Assembly: GCF_963921235.1 (NCBI RefSeq)
Contig: NC_086107.1
Location: 104,162,001 to 104,226,000, forward strand
DNA length: 64,000 bases
Direction: 5' to 3'
Source: Mobula hypostoma
Lineage: Eukaryota
The translations under genes were made by a program, and so were the position numbers. Below, piece after piece: positions 51,150-63,203 of this stretch; position 1 is the stretch's first letter, and each line of letters starts with the position of its first letter. Below the pieces are notes generated by a model that was not told the DNA's origin, ran no database searches, and saw only the letters and a program-made list of their open reading frames with translations.

Positions 51150-51699
51150 GTGTGGGGAGACAGGTTCTGGTGAAGGGTGAAAATGTACAGCCCAAGTAAA
51201 ACCAGTTTTATGAGGACAGAAAGGAAGGCTAAATTAGAAACATGAAAAGGCAAACCTGTGATTAGTTTTTCATTTTAACTCTTTTGTTACTCATGCTGAA
51301 GTTTAACAAATCATTATCAAAATTCTATGAAATTGAACAAGTTACAATAATAGCATCTTACACTTTTCTCCCCAGCTTTTGGGTTCTTTAATTACCCCAA
51401 AAGTTTTCTGTTTTCAAAGTTCAAAGTACATCTGTTATCAAAGTACTTATATGTCATCACGTACAACCCTGAGATTTATTTTCTTGCAGGCATTCACAGT
51501 AGAACAAAGTAATACAATTGAATCAATGAAAACTACATATGAACAAAGACTGATGGGCAACCAATGTGCAAAAGTAGTCAAACTACAAATACTAATAATA
51601 ATAATAACAATTTTATTAAGCATTGAACACCTGGTTCAGAGTTGGAGACCTTTTTGCAAAAACAGAGGGGTTCCATGTGGCAATACAGGACTAGGTAGT

Positions 51700-51743
<44 letters not shown>

Positions 51744-51764
51744 CAAAAATACATAACAAAAAGA

Positions 51765-52203
51765 CAAACAAATTCAAGGTGATAAATGCAGAAAATGCCA
51801 AGAGAAACCAGAAACAATCCAACACATTACAGGATTCTGTAGCAGTTTAACTCAACCTGATTGCTTGCAAAAGCACAATCAAGTGGCAAACATCATTCAC
51901 CAAAATCTTGCTTTAAGATACAAACTCATAAAAGGCACTATACAGTACCGTACTATAAATACAAGCCTGATCCAGTTTAAGAGTCAGGGCTTACAAATTA
52001 TATTATGACTAATCCATTATTTCAGATAGGACAATCCGTAGCAAATATCTAGATATAATATTACAGGATAAACAAGCAAGAACAACTTACTTAATAGATG
52101 TAGCCATTGCAAGCACAGATAACATACATAAATCAATAAGCAAAAAACACCAGAAATATGCTGAATTAAAAGAGGAAATTGAAAGACTATGGAACATGTA
52201 CAG
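51765..52203 (+). mobile_element. R4/Dong-like LINE fragment (CCHC knuckle plus REL domain)
   Basis: CRKCQEKPETIQHITGFC...HNQVANIIH; IDVAI; KYAELKEEIERLW. Confidence 0.75.
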
Positions 52204-52204
52204 G

Positions 52205-52845
52205 ATGGTGGAAATCTAAAACAGTACACACAAATGCTGGAGGAAATCAGCAGGTCAGGCAGCATCTATGGAAAAGAGTGAACAGTCAACGTTTTGACCC
52301 TTCATTAGGACTGGAAAAAAAGATGTGGTCAGAGCAAGAAGGTGGGGGGAGGGGAGGAAGAAGTACAAGGTGGTAGGCGATAAGTAAATCCGGGAGTGGG
52401 GAGGGGGTGAAGTAAAGAGTTGGGAAGTTGATTTGTGAAAGAGATGAAGGGCTGGAGAAGGGGGAATCTGATAGGAGAGGACGGAAGACCATGGAAGAAA
52501 GGGAAGGGGGAGGAGCATAAAAGGAGGTGATAGGCAGCTAAGGAGGTAAGGTGAGAGAGGAAAATGGGAATGAGGGAATGGTAAAGGAGGGGAGGGCAAT
52601 TATCAGAAGTTGGAGAAACCAACGTTCATGCCATCAGGTTGGAGACCACCCAGACGGAATATAAGGTGTTGCTCCTCCAACCTGAGTGTGGCCATTTGCG
52701 GCAATAGAGGAGGCCATAGACTGACATGTCAGAATGGGAATGGGAAGTAGAATTGAAATTGGTGGCTATTAGGAGATCCCGCTTTTTCTGGCAGACGGAG
52801 CGTAGGTGCTTAGTGAAGTGATCTCCCAATCTATGTTGGGTGCCC
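52205..52845 (-). mobile_element. Penelope-like 3' fragment (further copies at ~12635, 18385, 29963, 30547, 34445, 41012, 55793)
   Basis: Same pLTR motif tgctggaggaactcagcaggtcaggcagcatc and GIY-YIG tail. Confidence 0.8.
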
Positions 52846-52857
52846 CAATAGTAATAT

Positions 52858-53430
52858 CTACAATAGCTTCAATCTCCTTGGCTTACACATCACCAAAGAT
52901 CTCACCTGGACTGTTGTGCTCTTTTTACCTGTGTGGCAAAAAGAGCACAACAGTATCTCTTCCATCTCAGGCAACTGAAGAAGTTCAGCATGAGCCCCCA
53001 GATCCTCAAGACCTTCTACAGTGGCACCATTGAGAGCAACCTGACTGGCTGGATCACTGCCTGGTACGGGAACTGCACCAACCTTGATCGCTGGGCACTG
53101 TAGAGAGTAGTATGGACAGCCCAGCACCTCTGTGGATGTGAACTTCCCTCCACTGAGGACATTTACAGGAATAGGTATGTAAAGAAGGCCTGGAAGATCA
53201 TCGGGGACACCAGTCACCCCAACCATAAGCTGTTTCAGCTGCTTCCGTCTGGCAAACGGGACCACAGCATTAAAGCCAGGACCAACAGGCTATGGGACAG
53301 CTTCTTTCTACAAGCCATTAGACTTTTAAATTCATGTGTCTGTACATTGCGAGAGAGTCATAACACAAAGATTTTTTACTCCCTGACGTTGTGGGACAGA
53401 CGTAAGATTTAAATAAGTTCAAATTCAAAT
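52858..53430 (+). mobile_element. Rex1/Babar-type LINE fragment (others at ~11295-12230(-), 49510-49880(+), 61250-61635)
   Basis: Frameshifted FYSGTIES.LTGWITAWYGNC / LLPSGKR motifs. Confidence 0.75.
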
Positions 53431-53644
53431 TGGTATCATTCCAAAGTCACTACACCATAGTATTAAACAATTAGGCCTACACAGCAATATCTTTGTAAAT
53501 CTCAAGAAAGCCACAATACTAAACACCACTAGAGTAGTGTGAAAGTTCCCAGTAATTGAGAAATGAGTGTGCTTGGTTTTGCCTGTATCTCAGGTTTTAC
53601 CAGCTTGAGCTGAGAGAGATAATAAATAAATAAATGGTGCTGAA

Positions 53645-55215
53645 AACATAGAAAACCTAGAGCACAATACAGGCCCTTCGGCCCACAATGTTGTGCCGAA
53701 CATGTACTTACTTTAGAAATTACCTCTGTTTACCCATTGCCCTCTAATTTTCTAAGGTCCATGTACCTATCCAGGAGTCTCTTAAAAGACCCTATTGTAT
53801 CTGCCTCCACCACCGTCGCCAGCAGCCCATTCCACACACTCACCACCCTTTGAGTAAAAGGCTTACCCCTGACATCTCCTCTGTACCTACTTCCAAGCAC
53901 CTTAAAATTGTGCCCTCTCAGGTTAGCCATTACAGACCTGGGAAGAAAACCTTTGACTATCCACGTGGTCAGTGCCTCTCATCATCTTATAACATGTGAG
54001 AACATCATCTGAGAACAGACATCCCACCTCTCCCGGAAGTTCTGGGAGTCTCCCACAAATTGATGGTGCTACCTCCCTGAAATGAGTTTTTGCAGGGTGG
54101 GATGTCTGTGAGAACATGTGTTGTAGAATCCTTGAAAGTGAGTTGGGAAGTTGTGTTCAGTGTTAACCATTCTGAATTTCCCTCATTCACAGGTTTTTCT
54201 CTTGATTTTCTCAGGGTGTGGGAGACAAAAGGAGATCAAGATGCAGAAGAAGGTGATTCCTCCTTTGTGCCTTCTCTGTTATTCTGTAACTATCACAGTT
54301 AATCTTTTAATTCAGTGCAACTTTTCTCTCCTAACCTCATATTAATTGATTCCCTTTGCATCTAAACATCAATTGATCTCTATCCTGAATATACTCAACA
54401 CTCTGGGTAAAGAAATTTCTCCTCATATCTGTTCTGAATAGGTTGAGACTGTGACACCAGAATCTGGAAATCCCAGCCAGAGGAAAGATTAACCTCGAAC
54501 AGCCCTGTGAAAAATTCAATCAGGTCACTGCTCCTTCTTCTAAATTCATGAGGATATAGGGCCAATCTACTCACTGGAATTCAGAAGAATGAGAGGAGAT
54601 CTTATAGGAACATATAACATTATGAAAGGGACAGATAAGATAGAGGCAGCAAAGTTGTTTCCACTGGTAGGTGAGACTAGAACTAGGGGACATGGCCTCA
54701 AGATTCAGGGGAGTAGATTTAGGACGGAGATGAGGAGGAACTGCTTTTCCCAGAGAGTGGTGAATCTGTGGAATTCTCTGCCCAATGATACTTCAGTAAA
54801 TATATTTAAGATAGGGAATTAAGAGTTATGGGGAAAAGGCAGGTAGATGGAGATGAGTCCATGGCCAGATCAGCCATGATCTTATTGAATGGCGGGGCGG
54901 GCTCGATGGGCCAGATGGCCGACTCCTGCTCCTATTTCTTATGTTCTTATGTTCAATCTGCCTTTTCGGTCTGGATATGAGAAATCAGCTCAGGAATCAA
55001 TATGGAACACCTTGGCTGCATCCTTCTACAGCAAATATATCCTCCCTTAGGAAGGGAGAATAGACCCAAACACAATATTCCAGACACAGTCTTACCGGCA
55101 ACCTAAATACTTGCACAAAGATATCTCTGCTCTTGTACTCAAATCCTTATGTAATAATGATCAACACATTCAGCTCTCTCTGAATACCAACACCTTTCAA
55201 TCTTCTCCTCCTGAA
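53645..55215. mobile_element. Cluster of CR1 3' fragments (53645-53995 -, 54330-55215 -, nested 54573-54953 +)
   Basis: MRGDLI.TY.IMKG.DK...TRTRGH.LK...RRN.FSQRVVNLWNSLP; (ttcttatg)n tail. Confidence 0.8.
54016..54108. mobile_element. 93-bp MITE with 13-bp TIR
   Basis: CAGACATCCCACC / GGTGGGATGTCTG flanked by TGAGAA on both sides. Confidence 0.75.
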
Positions 55216-55346
55216 AAATATTTCTCCGTGCTTGGCTGGAGGCTGCCTTCCCGAGGTCAAGCAGTGGAATGACAGGCTCAATTGTATGTGCCTGTGCATT
55301 GCTGGGAGACTGTACCATTGACTGCAGGACATGTCGTTAAGGTTCT

Positions 55347-55404
<58 letters not shown>

Positions 55405-55420
55405 TACATATATATATATA
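55347..55420. repeat. Compound (TG)n(TA)n(CA)n microsatellite; other (CA)n tracts at 18722, 30001, 51702; (GA)n at 60811-60910
   Basis: Direct inspection. Confidence 0.95.
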
Positions 55421-56967
55421 AATTTATTTATTTAAGTGGATATGCTTCATTGCTCACTATTTTGAATATTTGCTTGCTATTTAGAATAAGCTTTTTTGTA
55501 CGTTTTGCACCTTGGTCCCAGGGGAACACTGTCTCATTCGGCTGTATCCATGTATAGTTGAATGATAATTAAACTTGACTTGATTTGATATTGCTGTCAG
55601 GATTTTAAGTGCTCCTTTGTGATGGAATGCTGTACTTTTGGGAAGAACTGGGAGCATTCAAATTTCCAGTTCTGGCGAAGGATCTACAATCTCTCTTTGT
55701 ATTATACACGCCAGCAGTCCTGTTGTATGACTCTGGCAATTTAATTTAGCCTAATTAATGCATTCCTCGAAGAGGACCACAACATTGTTGTGAACACAAA
55801 ATAACCTGCAGATGCTGGGATCAAAGCAACACTCACAACATGCTGGAGGAACTCAGCAGGTCGGGCAGCATCTGTGGAAACGATCGGTCAACGTATCTGG
55901 GCCGGAACCCTTCGTCAGGACTGAAGAGGGAGGGGGCAGAGGCCCTATAAAGAAGGTGGGAGGAGGGTGGGAAGGAGAAGGCTGGTAGATTCCAGGTGAA
56001 AAGCCAGTAAGGGGAAAGATAAAGGGGTGGGGGAGGGGAGGCAGGGAGGTGATAGGCAGGAAAGGTGAAGAAGGAATAGGGGAAAACACAATGGGTAGTA
56101 GATGGAGGCGGAACCATGAGGAAGGTGATAGGCAGCTGGGGGAGGGGGCAGAGTGAAATAGGGACAGAGGAAGGGAGGGGGAGGGAATTACCAGAAGTTA
56201 CGTGCCTCAATAACCCAGAAAGCTATGCTAGCTGGAGTCGGTTCTTTATGTTTTGGCTCTTGGTAGGGTCACCCATGCCAAACAGGTCAAAGGGTAGAGT
56301 GGTCCACCGGTCCTCCAGGTTCGGGGGTTCAGCTCAGGGTTAACAACCCTGACTGGTCAAACAAAATTATTACGGAAGCAGTAACGAAGGATCCTTCTGC
56401 ATCTGAGTGCGACGGTATTCCTGAGTCTCCTCCCGGGACCTGCCAGTAGTGAAAATCGAGAGAAAGATACTGACATAATGAAGGAAGTCTTGAACACTAC
56501 AACAGATGGAGAACCTTCATTGCTGCCCAAAATGCCAGCGGCGTAACAGTCGGTAAGTAATTAATGCTTGGCCACATATCAGAAAAGCACAGAGGGTCTG
56601 AGATAATTTGGTAGTTGGAAATGATCTTGAAGTTCCCCAGGGGACAGATGAATATAACTCCTCCCACCCTTCTGCTAAACCAGAAAAACTTACGTCACCT
56701 AAAGGCCAGAACTAAAACTGCATCATATAATTCATTACTATTTAGATTTAGCAATAGGAGGTGCAGCAATGCTAAAGGTCATTGTTTTCCTAGCCTGGGT
56801 GAAGCAAAAGCAAATCTTCTTTCCTTTAGCTATACCCACAGTGTTGCAGGAAATACCGTGGCGAGAAGTTGTTCCACCACATGGTGTTGTGGGTCAGATG
56901 TTAAATTATAGCCATTCTTGCGATTTCCTTTTGTAATAACATGCTGAAAATGACATCATTAGTTTCC

Positions 56968-58220
56968 AAAACAAGAGAAAATCTGCAGGTACTGGAAATC
57001 AAAGTAATGCACACAAAATGTTGGAGGAACTCAGCAGGCTAGGCAGCATCTGAGGAAAAAGAGTAAACTGTAGATGTTTTGGGCCAAAACCCTTCATCAG
57101 GGCTGGAAAAAAGATGAGGTCAGAGTAAGAAGGTGGGGAGAGAGGAGGAAGAAGTACAAGATTGTAGATGATAGGTGGGACCGGGATTGGGGAGGGGTGA
57201 AGTAAACAGCTGGGAATTTGATTGGTGAAAGAGATAGAGGGGATGGAGAAGGGGGAATCTGATAGGAGGGGACAGAAATCCATGAAAGAAAGGGAAGGAG
57301 GAAGAGCACCAGGGAGAGGTGGTGGGCAGGTAAAGAGATAAGGTGAAAGAGGGAAATGGGAATGGAGAATGGGGAAGGGGAAATTGGGGTGGGAGTAATT
57401 ACCAGAAGTTCAAGAAATCGATGTTCATACCATCAGGTTAGAGGCTATCCAGATGGAATATAAACTGTTGCTCCTCCAACCTGAACGTGGCCTCATCGCG
57501 ACCAGAAGAGGAGGTCATGGACTGACATGTTGGAAGTAGAATTGACATGGGCGGCCACTGGGAAATTCTGCTTTTTTCTGGTGGATGGAGGGTAGGTGCT
57601 TTGGCGAAGCGGTCTCCCAATCTACCTCAGGTCTCACCGATATACAGGAGGCCACTCCAGGAGCACCGGATACAGTAGATGACCCCAAAGGACTCACAGG
57701 TGAAGTGTTGCCTCACCTGGGAGGACTGTTTGGGGCTCTGAATGGTAGTGAGGGAGGAGGTGTTGGGGCAGGTGTGGCACTTGTTCTGCTTGCAAGGATA
57801 GGTACCAGGAGGGAGATCAGTGGCGAGGGATGAAAGGACAAGGGAGCGATCGCCGCGGAGAGCGGAAAGTGAGGGTGGGGGAAGGGGAGGGAAAGATGTG
57901 CCTGGTGGTGGGATCCCATTGGAAATGCCGGAAGTTACAGAGAATTACATGCTGGACGTAGAGGCTGGCGGGTGGTAGGTGAGGACAAGAGGAACCTTAT
58001 CCCTGGTAAGGTGACGGGTGGATGGGGTGAGGGCAGGCATGTGTGAAATGGAAGAGATGTGGTTGAGGGCAGTGTTGGTGGCGGAGGAAGGAAAGCCCCT
58101 TTCTTTGAAGAAGGAGGACACCTCATTTATTCTGGAATGAAAAGCCTCATCCTGAGAGCAGGTGTGGTGGAGACGGAGGAATTGAGAGAAGGGGATGACG
58201 TTTTTACTAGTGACAGGATT
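56968..58220 (-). mobile_element. Penelope-like element 3' part, longest copy in the window
   Basis: Colinear with 8880-9830; frameshifted GIY-YIG remnant and pLTR tail. Confidence 0.85.
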
Positions 58221-58941
58221 TCAGTCTGTACCTTCATAACGATGTGAGGCAAGTTCTCGTATTTATTAGACATGAAGACCTGAGTTATAGGGAAAGGTTA
58301 GGACTTTATCCCCCAGAGCACAGGAGTGGAGTCATTGGGACGCTGTCATGACGGTGTTTTTTTTTAGCAGGTTTTCTTATTTTTATGAGGCCGAGTTGCT
58401 AGCTTGACAGCACGGATGGAAAGCGTGCAAGGGAGCCGGCTGGATTCAAACTCAGGAGCCTTCGCTCCGAAGTCCAGTGCTGATGCCACTATGTCACCGG
58501 CCGGCATTGAAGGGTATAGGCAGAGTAAATTCAAGCAGGAAGATCCTGAGGTTGGATGAGACTCTATCTAGAGGTCATGGGTAAAATGTTTAAGGGGAAC
58601 ATGAGGGACCTTCTTCAGTCAGAGGGTGCTGAGAGTGTGGAACAGTCTCCCAGGGAAAGTGGTGGATGCAGGTTTGATTTAAACATTTAAGAGAAGTTTG
58701 AGCAAGGACGTGGAGGGGAGGGGTATGGAGGGCTTTGGTCTGGGTGCAGGTCAATGGGAGTAGGGAGAATAACAGTTCGGCATGGACTAGATGGACTGAA
58801 GGGCCTGTTACTGTGCTGTACAGTTCTATGACTCTATATTGCAGAGTCACACATCTTGTGCTACCTTTCTCTTAAAGGAACAAAGCATTGTGTAAGCAGA
58901 CACATGCGTTTAGCACGGAGGGGCATAGGGAGCCTCTAACA

Positions 58942-61900
58942 CAGGGGTTCCCAACCTTTTTTTAATGCCATGGACCAATACCATTAAGCAAAGGAGTCCA
59001 TGGACCCCAGGTTCCAACAGCACAGCCAAAAGCCCCGACAGGAAATTGCCAGGGAGACCTTGTTGAGAGATGTCTACGAATCCCTGCACTTTGAGGAATC
59101 TGACAAATGCCCGTGCCTCTTCTTCTTGCTGCAGTATAACTAACAGACCTCAAATCATGTACTGTTAAACCAGGGGTTCCCAACCTTTTTTATGTCATGG
59201 ACCACTACCGAGGAGTCCATGGACCCTAGATTGAGAACCTCCCTTTTGGTGTCATGGTCAACAAGGACACTAAATCATTGTCCTTTCCTTGTACAGGAGC
59301 AATAGACTTGGTGGAAAAAGTTTATTTGGAGGCTGATAGTTTAAACGTCTGCCACGGGATGGTTGTGTGAGTGTGTTGTCCCAGAAATCAGCTCCTACCT
59401 CTCCCAGTAACATAAGATATAGGCTAGACCAGGGGTTCCCAACCTTTTTTATGCCATGGACCAATACTATTAAGCAAGAGGTCCACAGACCTCAGGTGGA
59501 GAACCCCTGAGCTAGATGCAATCTCAATTCTGATACAGAGTCTCAACCCAAAACAGTTGCCGCCTGACCTGCTTGGTTCCTACAGCAGTTTGGATTTTGC
59601 TCCAGGTTACAGCAGATTTTGACCTCTGACCTCCTCAACCACGTGCTAGTAGACAATGCATATCTTGGGCCCAGCACAATTCTCAGGGGCACAAGTTTTT
59701 ACGGGGAGCCAGTGATAAAACAAAGATCACATGTTAGGACAGGAATTTCAGAGAAGATGGGTGGAATTAACACAAGGTGTGTTGATGTGACGATCCATAT
59801 TGATCCTGTGGTCTGAGACTTAATGAGGATTATGGAACAGCTGAGAAGTGGCAGATACGAAGCAAGACTTGGGGCACCTAGTGATGTTTTGGACATTGGA
59901 GTTTATGGAAAACAGAGATTGGGAGGGTGATAATGAAGACTTCAAAAAATTAAATTCAAAGGACTAAAGCTGTGGGTCCTGAGGTGTGAACTTTATTTTT
60001 CTCTCCACAGGTGCTGCCTGACCCACCATGTGTTTCCAGTATTGTCTATTTTTATTACAGAAGATATCGGAGCAAAATTAAGCCATTTGGCTCATCGAGT
60101 TTGCTTTGCTCATATATCCAACCAACAGTGTTTCCTTTAGCAGCAGTGTAACAATATGGTGGAATCTTTCCATGCACCTCGCAGGGGCTCTTAACCTTTT
60201 TTTATGCCTTGGACCCCTACCATTTACCAAAGGGTCCATAGACCCCAGGTTGGGAACCAAAGGAGTATGCCACCATATAACCACCCCTTCTGGTAAGAGG
60301 GAGTGTTGCCAATGAATGAAAGGATACTGCAATGATTGGGAGAGGAGGTGGACAATTTGGGAGATCTTCTAGTGTAATCAGAGGAAACGGACAGTGTTCA
60401 CAGGAAGCATCTTTATGCAGGGAACCATAGAGAGTGTCTGCGGCCACAGCCAGGGGCTCCTACAGGTCATTTGCCAGGGAGGAAACAGAAAAGAGTTAAA
60501 TTTGATTACTCCTTGGTATAACTAAAATGGGTAAAACAAAATGGCAGCTTGTAAGACAAAATGGTGTTAGTCTATAATGTGGGAATGTTTTCAGAAAGTA
60601 CAAGGGAACCAGTCCACAGCATTGTTTTGGGAATTTAGTGTGAGTGTCAGTCTACAGCCTTGAGAGTAGATACTGGTGAGAAACGTGCTTGTCTGGAGAA
60701 GTATTAGAGAGTAAAGCATCTTGAAGGGTATTAAAAGAGGCAATTTCTTTGTTTGAGGGGGAATCTTCTCTTAGGCTGGTTCTGGTTCATGACTTAGTTC
60801 CAAGAGTTGGAGAGAGAGAGGGAGAGGGGGAGGGAAGGAGAGAGGGAGGGAGGGGGAGAGAGAGAGAGAAAGAGAAAGAGAGAGGGGGGAGAGAGAGAGA
60901 GAGAGAGAGACTAATCTAGAGCAACACACACTCTAGAAGGTTTGAAGAGCTCAGAGCTGATGCTTGAAGAGGGAAAAACACCATCACCACGGATGCAGCT
61001 ATGTTCCAGGGCAGAGGTTCCCAACCTGGTCTCCGCAGACCTGTTGCTTAGTGGTGTTGGTCCATGGCATAAGAAAGGTTGGGAAACCCCGTTCTCGGGT
61101 GAAACAGAATGACTCGTTTATGTCAGAACTGACTCAGTAAAAATGGAAGATGTGCAAAATCAAGAAATACCACTGTTGATATGTTGAAATAGACGTTGTG
61201 ATCAAAGCTGCTAGTTGTAAAATAATCTCAGACCCTGTAAATCGAGGAGCGTGTGGCATGAAATTTGCTTAGCAGTACAGTGCAAGACATAAAGAATTAC
61301 TTAAGTTACAATAAGAAATGAAAATAAATATAATGCAGAAGAGGTGGACTGTTGCGAGATCTGATAGTGGAGGGAAGGCACTTGCTCTGAAAACGTTGAG
61401 GGTGCACTTTCAGGCTCCTGGACTTCCTCCTTGATAGTAGTAATGATAAGAGGGCATGTCCAATTGCATCACCACCTGGTACTGAAGCCCCCATTCACAG
61501 GGTCAGAAGAGGCTGCAAAGGGCTGTAAACCCAGCCAGTTCCATCATGAGCACAAGCCTGACCACTATCAAGGACATCTTCAAAAGCCGTTGTCTCAAGA
61601 AGGTAGATTCCATCATTGAGGACTCTCACCATCCAATAAATTTCATTTTCTTAATCTATGAAGGAGTGTGTTTACTAATCAGGCATGATGTTTAACTTCT
61701 TCAACACCTGTCTGCAGTAGCACATTTTTTTGTGGGAGCTGTAAAAGAAGTTGGGCTGATAAGCTATCACTTAAGATTAGGCCAGGCGACTTGGCGTTCA
61801 GCAGACATGGGAGCAGAATTAGGCCATTCAGCCCATCGAGTCTGCTTCACCATTCCATCATGGCTGATTTATTATCCCTTTCTTTTTTTTTGTAATTTAT

Positions 61901-62670
61901 TTTTTATTGAATTTCATCATCAAACAAACATTTCCATAAGACATATTTCAGATACTGTACATATATACCATATAATCATATTTGTCACAAATCTCCACAT
62001 AATATTTATCAGAGGTATACACTTATAGAAAGGAGAGGAAAGAAAGAACAATCGAAAGAAGAAAACTATGTACAGAGTAGGGAGTGATTTTTTTTATAAC
62101 ATATTCATTGACTTGTGAGAATAAAATCAGGCCTATGAGGTGTTATGTAGTTAAACCACTTTTTCCAGTATCAATAAAATTGTTCCAACTTATGATTAAC
62201 AGATGCTGTTATCTCCTCCATTTTGTAAATGTCCATTGTAATTTCCATCCATACATTTAAACTTGGGCTCTCCTGTGATAACCATTTCCTGATAAGGGTC
62301 TTTTTACCAGCCACCAGCAGTACATTCATTAAATATTTATCTCTTTTCAACCATTCATGAGGTATATACCCAAAATATATGGTCTTACTCTCTAAGGGTA
62401 TTTCACATTTAAAGATGTCTTGTAGGGCATTATGTATCCCACTCCAATAGTATTTGATAACAGGGCATTCCCAGAAAATAGATAATGGTTTCCATTTTGA
62501 TTTATTATCCCTTTCAACACCTTTTTCTTGCATACTCCCCCATAACCTTTGATGCTCTTACTAAAAGGAACCTATTAACCTCAGCTTTAAACGATGGTTC
62601 CAACTTGAGGTCCATGGACCCCATGCTTAGTGGTATTGGTCCACATCATAAAAAAGGTTGGGAACCCCTA
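58942..62670. mobile_element. Six dispersed ~80-bp hAT MITEs (58942, 59171, 59430, 60182, 61012, ~62592)
   Basis: CAGGGGTTCCCAACC-type termini and a shared ccatggacc interior; degenerate 8-bp TSDs on some copies. Confidence 0.85.
61883..62497 (-). mobile_element. 5'-truncated L1-clade LINE inserted in CR1
   Basis: ORF2 C-terminal IFWECP...YW peptide; AATAAA plus poly(A); 18-bp TSD TGATTTATTATCCCTTTC. Confidence 0.9.
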
Positions 62671-63203
62671 ACTTTAAATAAATCCAATCATTTGGCTTCC
62701 ACAGCCACCCATAGCAATGAAATCCACAGATTCACACCCTCTGGCTAAAGTAATTTCTCCTCATCCCTGTTCTAAAGGGATATCCTTATATTTTGAATAT
62801 ATACCCTCTGGTCCTGGACTCTACTGCTACCCATGTCCACTTTGCCCAGGCTTTTCAATCACAAGCTCTTTTGCCCATGTCAAGTGCGTAGACCTTGGCT
62901 TCTGTAATGTACAGAACATGTGATTGACTTATCCAGAATTGTGTTGTGTGCCTTTCACTAGGTCCTATAACAAAGAACCAAAAAAAAAACAGAGTGGATC
63001 TGTTCAGAGACACCTTAATTGCTAGCAATGAGAAATACTTCTAGTCCTCATGGATGGAGGCTGCTTCTGATTTACAGCACGCAATATTCATTTTTATACA
63101 GGTTTTCAGACTATTCTTTGGCTGATATCTGTTTTGGAGGTCAGCTCCTCTGCTGCAGTACAGCTGCATTTCTCAAGGTCAGCAGTATATCACCCTTCCC
63201 TTA

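Noticed and set aside
56830..63177. Exon-like + strand segments (56830-56891, 63102-63177)
   Set aside because: Weak donors (GTCAGA/GTCAGC) and no recognisable peptide; cannot support a second gene
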